A stretch of 12,828 nt of DNA from a virus (Duplodnaviria; Heunggongvirae; Uroviricota; Caudoviricetes): the IMG/VR virus record IMGVR_UViG_2623620502_000003, positions 1-12,828 of that record. The stretch is one strand, 5' to 3'. The notes below the pieces were generated by a model, which made no database searches, was not told the origin of the DNA, and saw only the letters and a program-made list of their open reading frames with translations. Below, one piece after another: positions 11,381-12,828 of this stretch. Both the position numbers and the translations under genes were made by a program. The stretch's first letter is position 1. Each line of letters opens with the position of its first letter.

Positions 11381-12571
11381 ATGATGCTGAATGCCCGCAA
11401 GGTTGAAGCTGCGAAAGGAAAAGAGAAGAGCTACAAGCTGTTTGATGGAGGTGGCCTATACCTTCAGGTCGAACCTAATGGCTCGCGTTACTGGCGTATG
11501 AAATACCGTTTTGCTGGTAAAGAGAAACGATTGTCCTTTGGTGTTTATCCAACAGTCACACTTGCTGATGCCAGACAAAAACGAGAAGACGCGAAGAAAC
11601 TACTCGCAGCAGGTGAAGATCCCGGCGAAGTCAAAAAAGCCAAAAAGCAGGCTTTAAATGCAGCGATTGAGACACTTAACCCATTCAGAGAAGTGGCGTT
11701 AGAGTGGCACAAAATGAAATCACCCAAATGGTCTGAGGGCTATGCTTCCGACATCATTGAGGCATTCGAGAAAGACATTTTCCCGCATATTGGGCACAGA
11801 CCTATAGCTGATATTCAGCCCCTTGAACTGCTTGAAGTTCTGAGGTTGATAGAAGCTCGAGGCGCTATGGAGAAAGCGAAGAAAGTCCGTCAGCGATGCG
11901 GTGAAGTTTTTCGCTATGCCATCGTAACGGGTAGGGCAATCTACAATCCGGCACCGGATCTTGCCAGTGCGATGCAAGGACATGAAGCAGTCCACTATCC
12001 ATTCCTCAAAGCCAACGAACTACCGGAGTTCTTTAATGCCCTTAATTCTTATTCAGGAAGTCCAATTGTATTGTTGGGGGCGCATTTACTTATCCTGACA
12101 GGTCTACGAACTGGAGAACTACGAGCAGGTGAGTGGCGAGAGGTGGATTTTGATAATGCGGTGTGGGAGATCCCAAAAGAACGTATGAAAATGCGTAGGA
12201 GCCATATTGTCCCGTTGTCAAAACAAGCATTATCCCATCTCAAAAGTTTGAAAGAACTAACTGGGAACTACCCGCTGATGTTCCCTGGACGCAACGATCC
12301 TAGCAAATTTATGAGTGAAGCAAGCATTAATCAGGTGTTTAAACGTATTGGATATGCAGGGCGTGTTACGGGGCATGGTTTCAGGCATACGATGAGTACA
12401 ATCCTACATGAGAAAGGATTTAACAGCGCTTGGATTGAAACCCAGCTTGCTCATTCGGACAAAAACTCTATTCGTGGAATTTATAACCATGCCCAATATC
12501 TCGAAGGGAGAAGAGAAATGATGCAATGGTATGCTAATTATTTATCTGAGCTAATTGGTACTCATAAATGA
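11381..12571 (+). CDS. int: Site-specific tyrosine integrase, P4-type
   Basis: The N-terminus has the arm-binding-domain pattern (KLFDGGGLYLQVEPNGSRYWRMKYRFAGKEKRLSFGVYP); the C-terminus has catalytic Arg (LRTGELR), H-x-x-R (GHGFRHT) and Tyr (IRGIYNHAQY). The ATG at 11381 is preferred over the TTG at 11312. It is immediately downstream of a tRNA-derived att core. Confidence 0.9.
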   Translation: MMLNARKVEAAKGKEKSYKLFDGGGLYLQVEPNGSRYWRMKYRFAGKEKRLSFGVYPTVTLADARQKREDAKKLLAAGEDPGEVKKAKKQALNAAIETLNPFREVALEWHKMKSPKWSEGYASDIIEAFEKDIFPHIGHRPIADIQPLELLEVLRLIEARGAMEKAKKVRQRCGEVFRYAIVTGRAIYNPAPDLASAMQGHEAVHYPFLKANELPEFFNALNSYSGSPIVLLGAHLLILTGLRTGELRAGEWREVDFDNAVWEIPKERMKMRRSHIVPLSKQALSHLKSLKELTGNYPLMFPGRNDPSKFMSEASINQVFKRIGYAGRVTGHGFRHTMSTILHEKGFNSAWIETQLAHSDKNSIRGIYNHAQYLEGRREMMQWYANYLSELIGTHK

Positions 12572-12756
12572 ATATTTTAAAAATTAATAATACTGATTCT
12601 CTGCTCAGAGATTACTACCAGTTGGATGAAGCTTCAGAAAAAATTGGTTGTAGTGAAAAGGATATACTCTGGTTTGCCAGAGAACGAGATGTAGAGCTAT
12701 GCATGGAATTCCATGATGATGAGTATGATGTTTCATGTGGTTTGAAGATTGGGTGA
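12568..12756 (+). CDS. Small acidic hypothetical protein translationally coupled to int
   Basis: 62-aa ORF whose ATG overlaps the int stop (ATGA at 12568-12571). It is Asp/Glu-rich with no motif I recognise. Confidence 0.4.
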   Translation: MNILKINNTDSLLRDYYQLDEASEKIGCSEKDILWFARERDVELCMEFHDDEYDVSCGLKIG

Positions 12757-12828
12757 TGCTGCCAACTTACTGATTTAGTGTATGATGGTGTTTTTGAGGT
12801 GCTCCAGTGGCTTCTGTTTCTATCAGCA

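Noticed and set aside
11545-12243. Minus-strand ORFs inside the integrase gene (11545..11727, 11720..11995, 12049..12243)
   Set aside because: Antisense to a strongly supported integrase with catalytic motifs.

Overview
This window reads as the right end of a lambda-like prophage or phage genome from an enterobacterial host, followed by horizontally acquired cargo and an integration module. All calls rest on reading the sequence and the six-frame translations; no database search was run. Left to right: the C-terminal part of tail-tip protein J, lom, a long side tail fibre gene (stf) and its assembly chaperone (tfa), each closed by a clear hairpin terminator. Where lambda carries its non-essential b region, there is an AT-rich cargo block: an orphan GIY-YIG nuclease-domain protein (minus strand), a ~400-bp AT-rich divergent leader, and a convergent EcoRII-like R-M pair (Dcm-family C5 methyltransferase and a 404-aa endonuclease) sharing a terminator hairpin. 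Then come an IS5 copy, a 46-bp att core identical to the 3' part of tRNA-Thr(CGU), and a P4-type tyrosine integrase with a small translationally coupled ORF. The most interesting candidate for an undescribed function is the GIY-YIG protein, whose C-terminal ~150 aa I cannot assign. No CRISPR array, rRNA or intact tRNA gene is present.
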